Origin: an uncultured delta proteobacterium
GTDB taxonomy: Bacteria; Myxococcota; Myxococcia; Myxococcales; Myxococcaceae
Length of the DNA: 64,000 bases
Direction of reading: 5' to 3'
Assembly (NCBI GenBank): GCA_963771175.1
Contig: CAVYSY010000040.1
Coordinates: 1 to 64,000 of the forward strand
The notes beneath the pieces are model-generated. The model saw only the letters and a list, made by a program, of their open reading frames with translations, did not search any database and was not told the DNA's origin. Below are positions 22,201-34,968 of the stretch, one piece after another (the first letter of the stretch is position 1; every line of letters starts with the position of its first letter). Made by a program: the position numbers and the translations under genes.

Positions 22201-24426
22201 TCAGTTCGCCGGCTTCTTCTGCATCGTGGCGGCAGGGACCGGGAAGCCGCGCTTGCGCATCAGCGCGTCGATGCCGGCGTCCTTGCCGCGGAAGGCGCGG
22301 TAGGCGTCGGCCGGGTCCACCGTGTTGCCCACCGAGAAGACGTTCTTGCGCAGGCGCTCGGCGACCGCCGGTCGTAGGGCCCCTTGCCCTCGGTGAAGGC
22401 CTCGTAGGCGTCGGCCGTGAGCGTGTCCGACCACAGGTAGCTGTAGTAGCCGGCCGAGTAGCCGTCGCCCGCGAACACGTGGCCGAACTGCGGCGTGCGG
22501 TGGCGCATGACGATCTCCTTCGGCATGCCCAGCGCCTCCAGCGTGTCGCGCTCGAAGGCGTCCGGATCGATCTTCTGGTCGCCCGCCAGGTGCAGCTTCA
22601 TGTCCACCAGGGCGCTCGCCAGGTACTCCACCGTGGCGAAGCCCTGGTTGAAGGTGGCGGCCTTCTCGATCTTCGCCACCAGCGCCGCCGGCATCGGCTT
22701 GCCCGTCTGGTAGTGCAGCGCGAAGCGGTTCAGCACCTCGGGCGTGGAGAGCCAGTGCTCGAGCAGCTGCGAGGGGAACTCCACGTAGTCGCGCGCCACC
22801 GACGTGCCCGAGAGCGTCGGGTAGCGTCACGTTGGAGCTCAGGCCGTGCAGCGCGTGGCCGAACTCGTGGAACAGCGTCTCCGCGTCGCTCCCAGCTGAT
22901 GAGCACCGGCTCGCCCGGCTTGCCCTTCACGAAGTTGGAGTTGTTGGAGACGATGGTGGTGACCTCGCCCTTGAACCGCTCCTGGTTGCGGTAGGCGTTC
23001 ATCCACGCGCCCGAGCGCTTGCCCGGCCGCGCGTACGGGTCGAAGTACCAGAGGCCCACGTGCTTGCCGCTGGCCTTGTCCTTCACCTCCCAGACGCGCA
23101 CGTCGGGGTGGTAGACGGGCACGTCGCTCGACCGGGCGTGAAGGAGAAGCCGAACAGCTCGCCCGCCACCCAGAACATGCCCTCGCGCAGCTTCTCGAGC
23201 TGCAGGTACGGCTTCACCTCGTTCTCGTCGAGGTCGTACTTCGCCTTGCGGACCTTCTCCGCGTAGTAGCGGTAGTCCCAGGGCTCGATCTTGAGCTTCG
23301 CGCCCTCCTTGTCGGCGATCGCCTGCATGTCGGCGACCTCCTCGCGGACGCGCGCCACGGCCGGCTTCCACACCGCCTCCATCAGCGCCATGGCGCGCTC
23401 GGGCGTCTTGGCCATGGCGTTCTCGAGCCGCCAGTGCGCGTGCGTCGGGTAGCCCAGCAGCTTCGCGCGCTCGGCGCGCAGCTCGAGGATCTCGGTGATG
23501 ATCGCTGTTGTTGTCGTGCGCGTCGCCGTTGTCGCCGCGGTTGACGTAGTTGCGCCAGACCTTCTCGCGCAGGTCGCGGCGGGCCGAGTAGGTGAGGAAC
23601 GGCTCCATCGAGGAGCGCGTGTTGGTGATGACCCACTTGCCCTTCATGCCGCGCGCCTCGGCCGCGGCCGCCGCGCCGGCGCGGACGGAGTCGGGCAGGC
23701 CGGCGAGGTCCGCCTCCGTCTCGAGGACGACGACGTAGCTCTCCTCGTCGGCCAGCACGTTCTGGCTGAAGTCGGTGTAGAGCGAGGCGAGGCGCTGGTT
23801 GATGCTCGGCCAGGCGCTTCTTCGCCGCCGCGTCGAGCTTCGCGCCCGCGCGGACGAAGTTCGTGTAGTGCAGCCAGGCGAGGCGCTGCTGCTCGGGCGT
23901 CAGCTTCGCCTTCTCGGGCGAGTCGTAGACCGCCTCGATGCGCTGGAAGAGCTTCTCGTTCTGGGTGATCTCGTCGGAGAAGGCGGCGAGCTTGGGCGCC
24001 ATCTCGCGCTCGACGGCCTGGAACTCCGGGCCGTTCATGGTCGAGCTCCAGATGCCGAAGATCGTGCCGACGTCGTTGAGGGTCCGCCCCGCGTCCTCGA
24101 GCGCGGCGATGGTGTTCTCGAAGGTGGGCGCGGCCGGGTCGTTCGCGATGGCGTCGATCTCGCGGCGGTTCTGCTCCATCGCCGCCTCGAGCGCGGGCTT
24201 GAAGTGCTCGACCTTGACCTGGTCGAACGGCGGGCACGCCGCCGTACGGGCCGGACCACTTCGCGAGCAGCGGGTTCGCCGCCGGGGCGGGCTGGGCCGG
24301 CGGCGGGCTGGGCCTGGGCTCGGAAGGCTGGTCCTGAGCGGCCCCGCGGACCTCCTGGGTGGTCGTCGCGCACGCGGCGGACACGAGGGCGGCCGCGCCG
24401 GCGCCGGCGAAGAGAAGCTTACGCAT
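22201..24426 (-). CDS. M3 metallopeptidase (peptidyl-dipeptidase Dcp-like), lipoprotein signal, multiple indels
   Basis: LFHEFGHALH near 22850-22875, ARDYVEFPSQ, KRSGAWM, GYSAGYYSYLWS; N-terminal ALVSAAC. Confidence 0.85.
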
Positions 24427-24513
24427 GAAAGGGATGCCTCCAGAATGGATGGGCGTGGGTTGAGACGCTGCCCGAGGGGAACACGCGAGACGTCACGGTC
24501 TTCCCGAAAATGA

Positions 24514-24551
24514 GAAGGCGCGGAACCCAGGAATCCGGGTCCCGCGCCTTC
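24514..24551 (-). terminator. Hairpin downstream of the 24589 lipoprotein gene
   Basis: GAAGGCGCGG...CCGCGCCTTC stem; minus strand continues TCATTTT. Confidence 0.65.
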
Positions 24552-24588
24552 GTTACTTCAAGCCTGGGTGCTCAGGCCGGAGCGCGGA

Positions 24589-25774
24589 CTACTTGCGCTC
24601 CTTGGGGCAGGCGCCCTGGTCGGCCGCCAGACGCTTCTGGGCGTTGTCCAGGTCCTGCTGGGTGCCGTTGATGACCTCCTGGGTCTTCGTCTCGACCTCG
24701 CCCCAGGCCGGATCCTTGGCCTTGAGCTCCTGGGCGAGGGCCATGGTGGCCTGGTCCACCTTGAGCTGGGCGTCGATGGCGTTCACCCAGCTCTGGGCGG
24801 AGTCGACGAGCGCCGTGCACTTGAGCTTCAGCTCGTCCACCAGCTTCCAGTCCTTGGTCTTCTGGTACTTGGAGACGATGGCGTCATAGGCCTCGGCGGC
24901 GTTGGCGCGGGCGCCGAAGGCGAGGGCCGCGTCGGCCGAGCGCTGGCCACGCACCAGCTCGAGCTGGAAGAAGCGCAGCTCGGGGGTCAGCTCCGCGGCG
25001 GGCTCGGTGGCATTCGAGTTGAAGTGGACGAAGCGGTAGGGGAACTTCAGCTCGTCCACCTCCAGCTTGACCGGCAGGGCCATCATCTTGGCCTGGAGGC
25101 AGGCGGCGAGCGCGTCACCCTCGGGGTTGCCCACCGGGTCGAAGGTGATGGCGGCGGCGGTCGGCGAGGCCTTCTTCAGGTCCACGTTGGCCTTGAGCAT
25201 GGCCGGGGTCTTGGTGCCGAAGGCCGCGTAGCAGTCGCACCAGGTGGTCTGGCCGAGCCGCACGGCGCCCGAGAAGTCCGAGCCCGGGTTGATGCCGAAC
25301 TTGACGCTGGCGCTGTTGCTCGTCTCGTGGACGAAGGTGGTCTCGGACTCGACGGGCTGCGCGCCCTTGGGCAGGGCGGCCAGCGGCACGCGCGCGTCCA
25401 CGACCTTCTGGATGCAAGCGGTGCCCTCGGGAGTGAGGTTCTCACCGGAGATGGCGTGGGTGCCTCCCTGGTCGGTGACGGTGGTCTTCACCACCACGCG
25501 GGTGCTCTCGGCGGTGCCGCGGGCCTTGGGGTCCACCAGACACTCGAGCACCTCGGGGCGGGTGGCGAGCACGGCGCCCACGAGGATGCCCTGGTTGGCG
25601 GGCTGGGGCAGGGTGGGCGTCTGGGCCTGACATACGGCCACGTCGAACGGAGGCTGGTTGGTGATGCGCATCCGCTCCTCGGTGGTCGTCGGGCCACCCT
25701 TCTTGGCCTGCTGCTGGGTGGCACAACCGGCCGCGGCGAGGAGGACGGAGGCGATGGCGATATCGGCGCATCAT
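24589..25774 (-). CDS. Cys-containing lipoprotein (indel near 25760)
   Basis: MMRR then, after a shift, IAIASVLLAAAGCATQQQ (lipobox) leading into the 360-aa ORF. Codon usage suggests high expression. Confidence 0.75.
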
Positions 25775-25812
25775 GGTCGGGAATCTCCCTTGGGGTTGGG
25801 ACAGCGGAGGCC

Positions 25813-27198
<1,386 letters not shown>

Positions 27199-27315
27199 TG
27201 GCGAGACCCTCCCCCCGGGCGGCGGGCTGGGAACCCGGCCAGCGTCACGGGAGCGTCCTGTTTATGGGGGTAGGTACGGCGGGAGCAAGCCTTACTGGTG
27301 TGCGCGAGGGCCGAC

Positions 27316-28332
27316 TCAGGGCAAGAGGCGCTCGGCGAAGTCCCCCTCGGGGAGGCGGATGCGGACCTGGACGGGGGTGGGGGAGAAGCGCAGGCGAGCG
27401 AGTGCCTGGGGCAGCGCGGGGCCTCCCTCCAGGCTCACCACCAGCTCCCCGGGGGCGAGTCCTCCCCCCTCGACGGCCTCCAGCACGTACAGGCCGGCCG
27501 GCAGCCGGCTGAGTCGGGCGAGCGTCTCGGGCTCCAGTTCCGGGTTGGCGAAGCGCAGTCGCTGGTGGCGCACCACCTCCGCGTCCAGGGCGTCCAGCGA
27601 GGCCAATGTCGGCGCGAACGCGGGGCGGCCCTCCTCGGCGTACTGGAAGGCCTCCCACGGCACCAGGGCCACCCTGGCCAGCGGCGGCGAGGGGGGACGG
27701 GGCGGGCGCAGGGTGTCCTCCAGGGCCGACAGCGCCTGGCGCGTGAGATCCTCCATCAGTCGCGTCAGCTCCGGCGCCGGGTCCTCTTCCACGCGCTCGG
27801 CGAAGGGGTCCGCCATTGCCTCGCCCGTCACCTCCACGAGGACGCGCCCGCTGGAGGGGTGCAGCACCTCCACGTGCCCCAGGAATGTCGTCTCGTCGAC
27901 AGTACTGACGCCCACGGGCCGTCCCTGGGCATCCTGGAGCTCGCGCTGCGCGGACTGGACGCGCCGCTCGGCCCAGGGGCGCAGCACGAGCGCCTGCTCC
28001 GCGCGCAGTCCCTGGGAGGCCAGCCGCGACACCGCGTCGCTCGCTACCCAGACGTTGTCGTCCTGGGGGCGGTACACCTTGAACTCGGAGGGGCCGAAGA
28101 AGAGCGCCGTCTCGCCGGCCTCGGCGAGGGCCGTGTCGAGCAGCCGCTGGCTCACCTCGAAGGAGCGCCAGGCCGGCTCCGGCCAGCGGAAGCCGAAGGG
28201 GTACACCAGCACGGTGTGAGCGGTGAGCTCGGGGGGAATGGAGCGCTGGGTCTGATAGGGGGTCCGGCACGCCACCCCGCAGAGGGTGACGAGCAGGACA
28301 GCGCACGCGAGGGACAGTCCGGCACGGTTCAC
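27316..28332 (-). CDS. Hypothetical lipoprotein
   Basis: Signal peptide ending CGVAC; continuous 338-aa frame. Confidence 0.65.
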   Translation of the reverse strand: MNRAGLSLACAVLLVTLCGVACRTPYQTQRSIPPELTAHTVLVYPFGFRWPEPAWRSFEVSQRLLDTALAEAGETALFFGPSEFKVYRPQDDNVWVASDAVSRLASQGLRAEQALVLRPWAERRVQSAQRELQDAQGRPVGVSTVDETTFLGHVEVLHPSSGRVLVEVTGEAMADPFAERVEEDPAPELTRLMEDLTRQALSALEDTLRPPRPPSPPLARVALVPWEAFQYAEEGRPAFAPTLASLDALDAEVVRHQRLRFANPELEPETLARLSRLPAGLYVLEAVEGGGLAPGELVVSLEGGPALPQALARLRFSPTPVQVRIRLPEGDFAERLLP

Positions 28333-28401
28333 GGGCCGGGAGTGAAGACGAAGCGCCCCTGGGAATCCAGCTTCCGGCGTGCGCCGTCCGCTCGGGGCCC
28401 G

Positions 28402-28866
28402 CTAGTACCGGGCGGGCGAGTCGCTGGCCGGAAAGGACTCCTTGGACTCCTCGTCCACGATGTCATCGCTCGGCCGTCCGCCGGAGTTCACCTGGGCATT
28501 GGTCTGGGCTCCGGTTGCCCGGCCCTCATGACGACTCCCCTCCAGGCCCTGCCAGGCCTCCACCACTTTCTTGCCGCCGCGCTTGCCGCTGACCCTGGCC
28601 CCGCCGGTCTTCTGGGGGCTTCTGAGCTGGACACCCTCGGTCCGGACCAGCCGGGCCCCCAGCAGGTTCTTCGCGCGCTCGGCGAGATCCCTCTGGGACT
28701 CCTGGTAGTCGCGGAAGAAGTCCACCAGCTCCCGGTCTCCGTTCCGCTCGGCGTCCTGGATGTACTGGCCGACTTCCGACGCGGCCTGGAGACAGTGGTA
28801 GAGCACGCTGATGACGTCGTAGTTCTCGTCCCTGGTGCCCGTGACCTGTTCCCCTGCCTCTGCCAT
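28402..28866 (-). CDS. Hypothetical protein (short helical N-terminal domain, ESFPASD C-terminal motif)
   Basis: YDVISVLYHCLQ...YIQDAER.GD.EL..FF and a DEESKESFPASDSP tail; AAGGAGG Shine-Dalgarno. Confidence 0.75.
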   Translation of the reverse strand: MAEAGEQVTGTRDENYDVISVLYHCLQAASEVGQYIQDAERNGDRELVDFFRDYQESQRDLAERAKNLLGARLVRTEGVQLRSPQKTGGARVSGKRGGKKVVEAWQGLEGSRHEGRATGAQTNAQVNSGGRPSDDIVDEESKESFPASDSPARY

Positions 28867-28959
28867 GTGCGCCTCCTTGCGTGAGGATTGCTCCGGGCAA
28901 CCTGCTCACTCCGAAGGGGGGCGCCCACGATGTTCGGCCGGCCGCCTGCTTTGGACTTT

Positions 28960-29214
28960 TCAGCTCCGGAGCATGGGCTCGAGCCGTCCCTCGCTCTCCA
29001 GCCGGGCGAGGTCGGTGTAGCCACCCACGTGGGTGTCGCCGATCCAGATCTGCGGCACCGTCCGCTGGCCGCTCATCTCCACCAGCTTCGAGCGCATCGT
29101 GTCGTCGCCGGTGACGTCCAGCTCCTCGTACTTCACACCCTTGCGCGTCAGCAGATCCTTCGCCCGGACGCAGTAGCCGCAATACGTGGTGGTGTAGATT
29201 TTGACGGGCTTCAC
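28960..29214 (-). CDS. grxC: Glutaredoxin 3
   Basis: CGYC active site, TVPQI and VGGYTDL. Confidence 0.92.
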   Translation of the reverse strand: MKPVKIYTTTYCGYCVRAKDLLTRKGVKYEELDVTGDDTMRSKLVEMSGQRTVPQIWIGDTHVGGYTDLARLESEGRLEPMLRS

Positions 29215-29300
29215 GCAATTCCTCCTGGGTCTGTCTCAAACTAAGAGGGCGGGGGCCTCCATGCCACCCGACGGGGGCCCGTTGGCGCCCTGAAACGCGA

Positions 29301-29334
29301 ACGGCCCCCGGTCCACGAGGGAACCGGAGGCCGT
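29301..29334 (-). terminator. Hairpin downstream of groEL
   Basis: ACGGCCCCCGGT...ACCGGAGGCCGT; minus strand continues TCGCGTTT. Confidence 0.6.
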
Positions 29335-29381
29335 GCGGGACCCGGAGCGCGACAGCGGCCGCGCTCCGGTGCCGGGGGGGA

Positions 29382-31070
<1,689 letters not shown>

Positions 31071-31361
31071 TTACTTCTCGATCACGCCGAGCACATCCTC
31101 CTCGCGGAGAATGAGGTGATCCTCGCCGTCGATCTTGATCTCCGTGCCCGCGTACTTGCTGAACAGGATGGTGTCGCCGGCCTTGATGTCCAGCGGACGC
31201 ACCTTGCCGTCCTCGAGCACCTTGCCGTTGCCGACCGCGAGCACGTGGCCCTCGAGCGGCTTCTCCTTGGCGGTGTCCGGGATGAACAGACCACCCTTGG
31301 TCTTGTTCTCCTCGGCCACGCGCTTCACGATCAGACGATCCTGCAGGGGACGAATCTTCAC
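31071..31361 (-). CDS. groES: Co-chaperonin GroES
   Basis: GTG start, [27 protein letters not shown] Shine-Dalgarno. Confidence 0.97.
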   Translation of the reverse strand: MKIRPLQDRLIVKRVAEENKTKGGLFIPDTAKEKPLEGHVLAVGNGKVLEDGKVRPLDIKAGDTILFSKYAGTEIKIDGEDHLILREEDVLGVIEK

Positions 31362-31439
31362 GGTTTGTCTCCTTCCGATGAGCACTCCGGTGTCCGGAGT
31401 GCCGTGGGGCTTGGAATAGGGGCCTGGTGGCCCGGGCCG

Positions 31440-31466
31440 TTAGCACTCACTCCTCGCGAGTGCTAA
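31440..31466. promoter_or_regulatory. CIRCE element (HrcA operator), perfect consensus
   Basis: TTAGCACTC-ACTCCTCGC-GAGTGCTAA. Confidence 0.97.
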
Positions 31467-31482
31467 CCGGCAAGCGCGCGGG

Positions 31483-31510
31483 ATAATAACCACCGAAGTC
31501 GACCCGTCAA
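31483..31510 (-). promoter_or_regulatory. Sigma70-type groESL promoter
   Basis: TTGACG, 16-nt spacer, TATTAT, just upstream of the CIRCE. Confidence 0.65.
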
Positions 31511-31622
31511 GGGAGGCTGGACCGGAGGGCTAGCTCGCGCCAAGTCCCCGTCACAACTGGGATTTCGCGGCTCTGTCTGCTGGTACACGCCCCCGGGAGG
31601 GAGGGGGGCGGGCGTGTTGGAG

Positions 31623-31649
31623 TTAGCAGTCGTGGGGGGCGAGTGCCAG
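31623..31649. promoter_or_regulatory. Second, degenerate CIRCE
   Basis: TTAGCAGTC-N9-GAGTGCCAG (3 mismatches to consensus). Confidence 0.75.
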
Positions 31650-31763
31650 CGTAAGTGCCCGGAATGATTGAGGGTCTCTTTGCGGTGCGTGGGGGATCGT
31701 TGGTACCTTTTCCAGTGTGTCCCCCGGTTCTCAATCCCAGGGGGACCGGGAGGTCGAGAGTCC

Positions 31764-32357
31764 ATGAGTCAACTGGTGACGGCCCCGTCCTTGAAGGAGT
31801 TCTTCAAGAACCTGTTGGAAGAGGTCATCCGGCGGCAGCAGGTGGCGGTTGCCGAGACGACAGAGTTCTACCTGGTGAACCTGCTGGCCGACTTCGCCAC
31901 CGCCGATCACCTCTTCAGCAAGGGAGAGGACGGGCGCAACGAGCAGGAGCCGCTGGCGATGCTCTACCACCGCTCGCTCCAGCAGCAGCGGGACGAGCGC
32001 ATCCGCACCCTGCGGCGGCTGGGCGACGTGTCCCTGTACCAGGCCGGGTTCTTCTCGGGCTCGCTGCGCGAGGGGCCGGTGGGGCAGGACTACTACATCC
32101 AGATGGGCGGGGCGGCGTACTCGCAGGTGGCCGACCTGGCGCCCGCCGCGGGCTTCGCCGCCGTGTACCGGGAGCTGTGCGCGAAGTTCCGCGCCCTGGT
32201 GGACGTGCTGGAGGAGATCGCCGCGCGCGGGCTGGTGCGCAACGGCGCCTCGGGCGCGCTCAAGGTGTACGAGTCGTGGGCCCGCACGGGCAACGACCGG
32301 CTGGAGCAGGTGCTGGTGGACGCCGGAATGGTGACGCCCAAGGGCATGCGGAACTGA
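31764..32357 (+). CDS. Conserved hypothetical protein
   Basis: GGAGG upstream; MSQLVTAPSL...LRRLGDVSLY.AGFF...YYIQMGGAAY. Confidence 0.8.
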   Translation: MSQLVTAPSLKEFFKNLLEEVIRRQQVAVAETTEFYLVNLLADFATADHLFSKGEDGRNEQEPLAMLYHRSLQQQRDERIRTLRRLGDVSLYQAGFFSGSLREGPVGQDYYIQMGGAAYSQVADLAPAAGFAAVYRELCAKFRALVDVLEEIAARGLVRNGASGALKVYESWARTGNDRLEQVLVDAGMVTPKGMRN

Positions 32358-32374
32358 GCGGTGGGAGGTGGTGG

Positions 32375-33016
32375 ATGGTCGGTCGTGTGCAGGCGCACCT
32401 GGAAGCCATCTACGGGATTACCTGCGCCGCGCGGGCGGAGGGCTTCATGGTGGACACGGAGGCCGCCGTGCTGCTCGGCGCCACCGGGCGCTCGGACGAG
32501 GAGCTGCTCGTCCTCGAGGGGGAGGAGGAGCTGGAGCTCGCCCTGTACCTGGCGCCCGGACTGCTGCGCCGCCTCCAGCCCTATGAGAGCGGTCCCGTCC
32601 ACTCGCTGCTGGAGCGCGAGCTGGACGGCTTCTGCCAGCTCGCCGAGGGCGTCTCCCACTTCGTCTATGTGACGCACACGGCCGTACATGGTCGTACCGT
32701 GTCGCTGCTGGAGCTGGAGGCCCAGGCGGAGGTGGACAAGTTCGCCCTGTGCCTGCTGCACCGGTGGGGGGACGGGGTGGGGGCGTGGGCGGAGGAGCTG
32801 CTGCGGAGGCTGTTCGACCGGGTGTCCTACCGGGCGAAGCTGTCCGAGGCGGAGCGCTGGCGGTACGAGGAGGCCAACCGCCTGTCCCGGAACTTCTGTG
32901 GCCGGCTGATGGGGCACGTCACGGGCCGGCGGCTGGAGCGCCTCCTGACGGACTTGCGTTACGCTTACCGATTGGGCGCGGAAGCCAAGCTGCGCCACTT
33001 CGCGCAAGTCTCCTGA
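32375..33016 (+). CDS. Hypothetical protein with a possible zincin-like metal site
   Basis: GGAGG upstream; LAEGVSHFVY...LLELEAQAEVDKF. Confidence 0.75.
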   Translation: MVGRVQAHLEAIYGITCAARAEGFMVDTEAAVLLGATGRSDEELLVLEGEEELELALYLAPGLLRRLQPYESGPVHSLLERELDGFCQLAEGVSHFVYVTHTAVHGRTVSLLELEAQAEVDKFALCLLHRWGDGVGAWAEELLRRLFDRVSYRAKLSEAERWRYEEANRLSRNFCGRLMGHVTGRRLERLLTDLRYAYRLGAEAKLRHFAQVS

Positions 33017-33051
33017 ACGCGACGCCCGACATTCGGTTACCTTCCTGGCAT

Positions 33052-33531
33052 ATGCCGCGTGAGGCGTCCGCCGGAGGAGTCGTCATCCGAGAACAGGGGG
33101 GCGAGCTGGAGGTGGCCGTCATCCGGCCCCACGGCCGCTCCCTGTGGGCGCTTCCGAAGGGACATGTCGACCCTGGGGAGACTCCCGAGCAGACGGCTGT
33201 CCGCGAGGTGTGGGAGGAGACGGGCCTGCGGGCCTCGCTCGTCGCGCCCCTGGGGGAGATCCGCTACGTCTACCAGTTCCGGGGGCAGCGCATCTTCAAG
33301 CGCGTCCACTTCTTCCTCTTCCGCCACGAGTCCGGCGTGCTGGGAGACATCCAGCACGAGGGGCACCGGGTGGAGGTGGACGAGACGCGCTGGATACCGC
33401 TGAGCCGGGCGGCGGCCCTGCTGGGCTACAAGGGTGAGAAGGCCATCGCCGCGCGCGCGGCCAGGATGCTGCTGCGCGCGGGGGCCACGCTCGTCCTCTC
33501 CGCGGTGCGCACGGAGGGGACGGGCGACTAG
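33052..33531 (+). CDS. NUDIX hydrolase
   Basis: LPKGHVDPGETPEQTAVREVWEETG Nudix box. Confidence 0.93.
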   Translation: MPREASAGGVVIREQGGELEVAVIRPHGRSLWALPKGHVDPGETPEQTAVREVWEETGLRASLVAPLGEIRYVYQFRGQRIFKRVHFFLFRHESGVLGDIQHEGHRVEVDETRWIPLSRAAALLGYKGEKAIAARAARMLLRAGATLVLSAVRTEGTGD

Positions 33532-33536
33532 CTCGA

Positions 33537-33788
33537 CTAGAGGGAGTTGGCCTTCGACGCCTTCTCCTCGGAGTACTTGCCGGTGAGGGCCTCGCGCACG
33601 TCGCGGTCGAACTTCACGTGGCCGGTGGCGACCTCGCGCAGCGACAGCACGGGCGGCTTGTTCTTGGAGACCTCGATGATCGGGCGGGCGCCGGCCATGA
33701 GCTGACGGGCGCGCTTGGCCGCCAGCAGCACGAGCGCGAAGCGGTTGTCGACCTGGGGGAGGCAGTCTTCGACTGTGACGCGAGCCAT
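33537..33788 (-). CDS. rpoZ: RNA polymerase omega subunit
   Basis: [10 protein letters not shown]...[16 protein letters not shown]. Confidence 0.97.
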   Translation of the reverse strand: MARVTVEDCLPQVDNRFALVLLAAKRARQLMAGARPIIEVSKNKPPVLSLREVATGHVKFDRDVREALTGKYSEEKASKANSL

Positions 33789-33826
33789 GGTGAAGGATCC
33801 TTCGCTGAAGCTGAATGAAAGGGCTG

Positions 33827-33855
33827 AACCTAAAGAGGGACCCCTACCGAGTCAA
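33827..33855 (-). promoter_or_regulatory. Sigma70-type rpoZ promoter
   Basis: TTGACT, 17-nt spacer, TAGGTT. Confidence 0.55.
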
Positions 33856-33995
33856 GGTAAGGATCACGCAGGGGAGCCGAAGACGGGACGGGGGCGCTGA
33901 GGCTCGTTCGCTCCCGTGCTGACCTGCTCAATTCAATCTATTGGAGGTCCAAGGAGAGTCTCCAGGTGAACGAGCGGTCCGCCGCGCTGGTGCGC

Positions 33996-34955
33996 TCACT
34001 GCTCCAGCGCGGACACGTCCGGACAGGCGGAGGCCTTGCCCACCTCGGTCGTCTCCCAGCTCCGCTTCACGTACGTGACGCGGAAGCTGGCATCCCAGCA
34101 CTCGACATGGGTGGCGGTGTAGCCCGCGGGCACGTCTCCCCCCGTCACCGCCATGAGCCCCACGCCTCCCCGATCCTTCGTCCACCGACTGATGACGGCC
34201 AGCTTCTCCGTCTTTCCTCCGGGGAGGATGTCGGTGTCCTCGAGCACGAAGCCCATCTCCCCCAGGCCTCCGGGAATCTCCCGGTAGGAATAGAAGGCCT
34301 CGGACGCGGTCTGGGTGGAGGCGGGCACGAAGCGCATCCGCACGCCGATGGGCAGCGCGCGCGTCTGATAGGCGATCTCCAGGAGGTCCAGGTTCGCGAG
34401 CCCACCCACGTCGAACCCGTGGGCCTTCGTCTCCGCGACCCGGAGCCTCACCGCGCCCTCTCCCTTGCGCAGCCCGCCGTCCGCGCGGAAGGTGCCCTCC
34501 ACCGCCGTCCACCACGCCTCCTCGCCGGAGCGCTCGGGGCGGAACTGGAGCTGGTAGTCGAAGCGCTCGGCCTCGCGCTTCATGGCGAAGCGCACCTCGT
34601 GGCCGGGATGGCTCGAGTCCGGCCAGGGTCCCCACACGCGGACGTCTGGCGCACGGGTCGTCGGTGTCAGGTCCCGGATGGCCTCCAGCAGGGTGAGCAG
34701 CCCGTCCAGCCCGCCGTTGAACGCGTCCGAGGCCTCGCGCGTGTCCTTGTAGAGCTGGGACAGCTCTCCCACGGCCAGCAGGTCCGCGCGCTGGCGCAGA
34801 CCGCCCGCGCTCACGGAGCCCTCGCTCGCGGGCAGCTTGGAGGTCAGGTCCTCGCGCGTGGGCAGGGCGTTGATGAACTCGAGATCGTCGTTGGAGAAGT
34901 TCCCACCGCACGCGGTGGCGAGGCAGCCCAGGAGGAGGAGCCAGGAGATCCGCAT
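33996..34955 (-). CDS. Lipoprotein B of the ECF/caspase module
   Basis: Lipobox LATAC; shares LPT.E, WGP, SRW and ECWD motifs with lipoprotein A. Confidence 0.8.
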   Translation of the reverse strand: MRISWLLLLGCLATACGGNFSNDDLEFINALPTREDLTSKLPASEGSVSAGGLRQRADLLAVGELSQLYKDTREASDAFNGGLDGLLTLLEAIRDLTPTTRAPDVRVWGPWPDSSHPGHEVRFAMKREAERFDYQLQFRPERSGEEAWWTAVEGTFRADGGLRKGEGAVRLRVAETKAHGFDVGGLANLDLLEIAYQTRALPIGVRMRFVPASTQTASEAFYSYREIPGGLGEMGFVLEDTDILPGGKTEKLAVISRWTKDRGGVGLMAVTGGDVPAGYTATHVECWDASFRVTYVKRSWETTEVGKASACPDVSALEQ

Positions 34956-34968
34956 CACGCGCTCCCAA

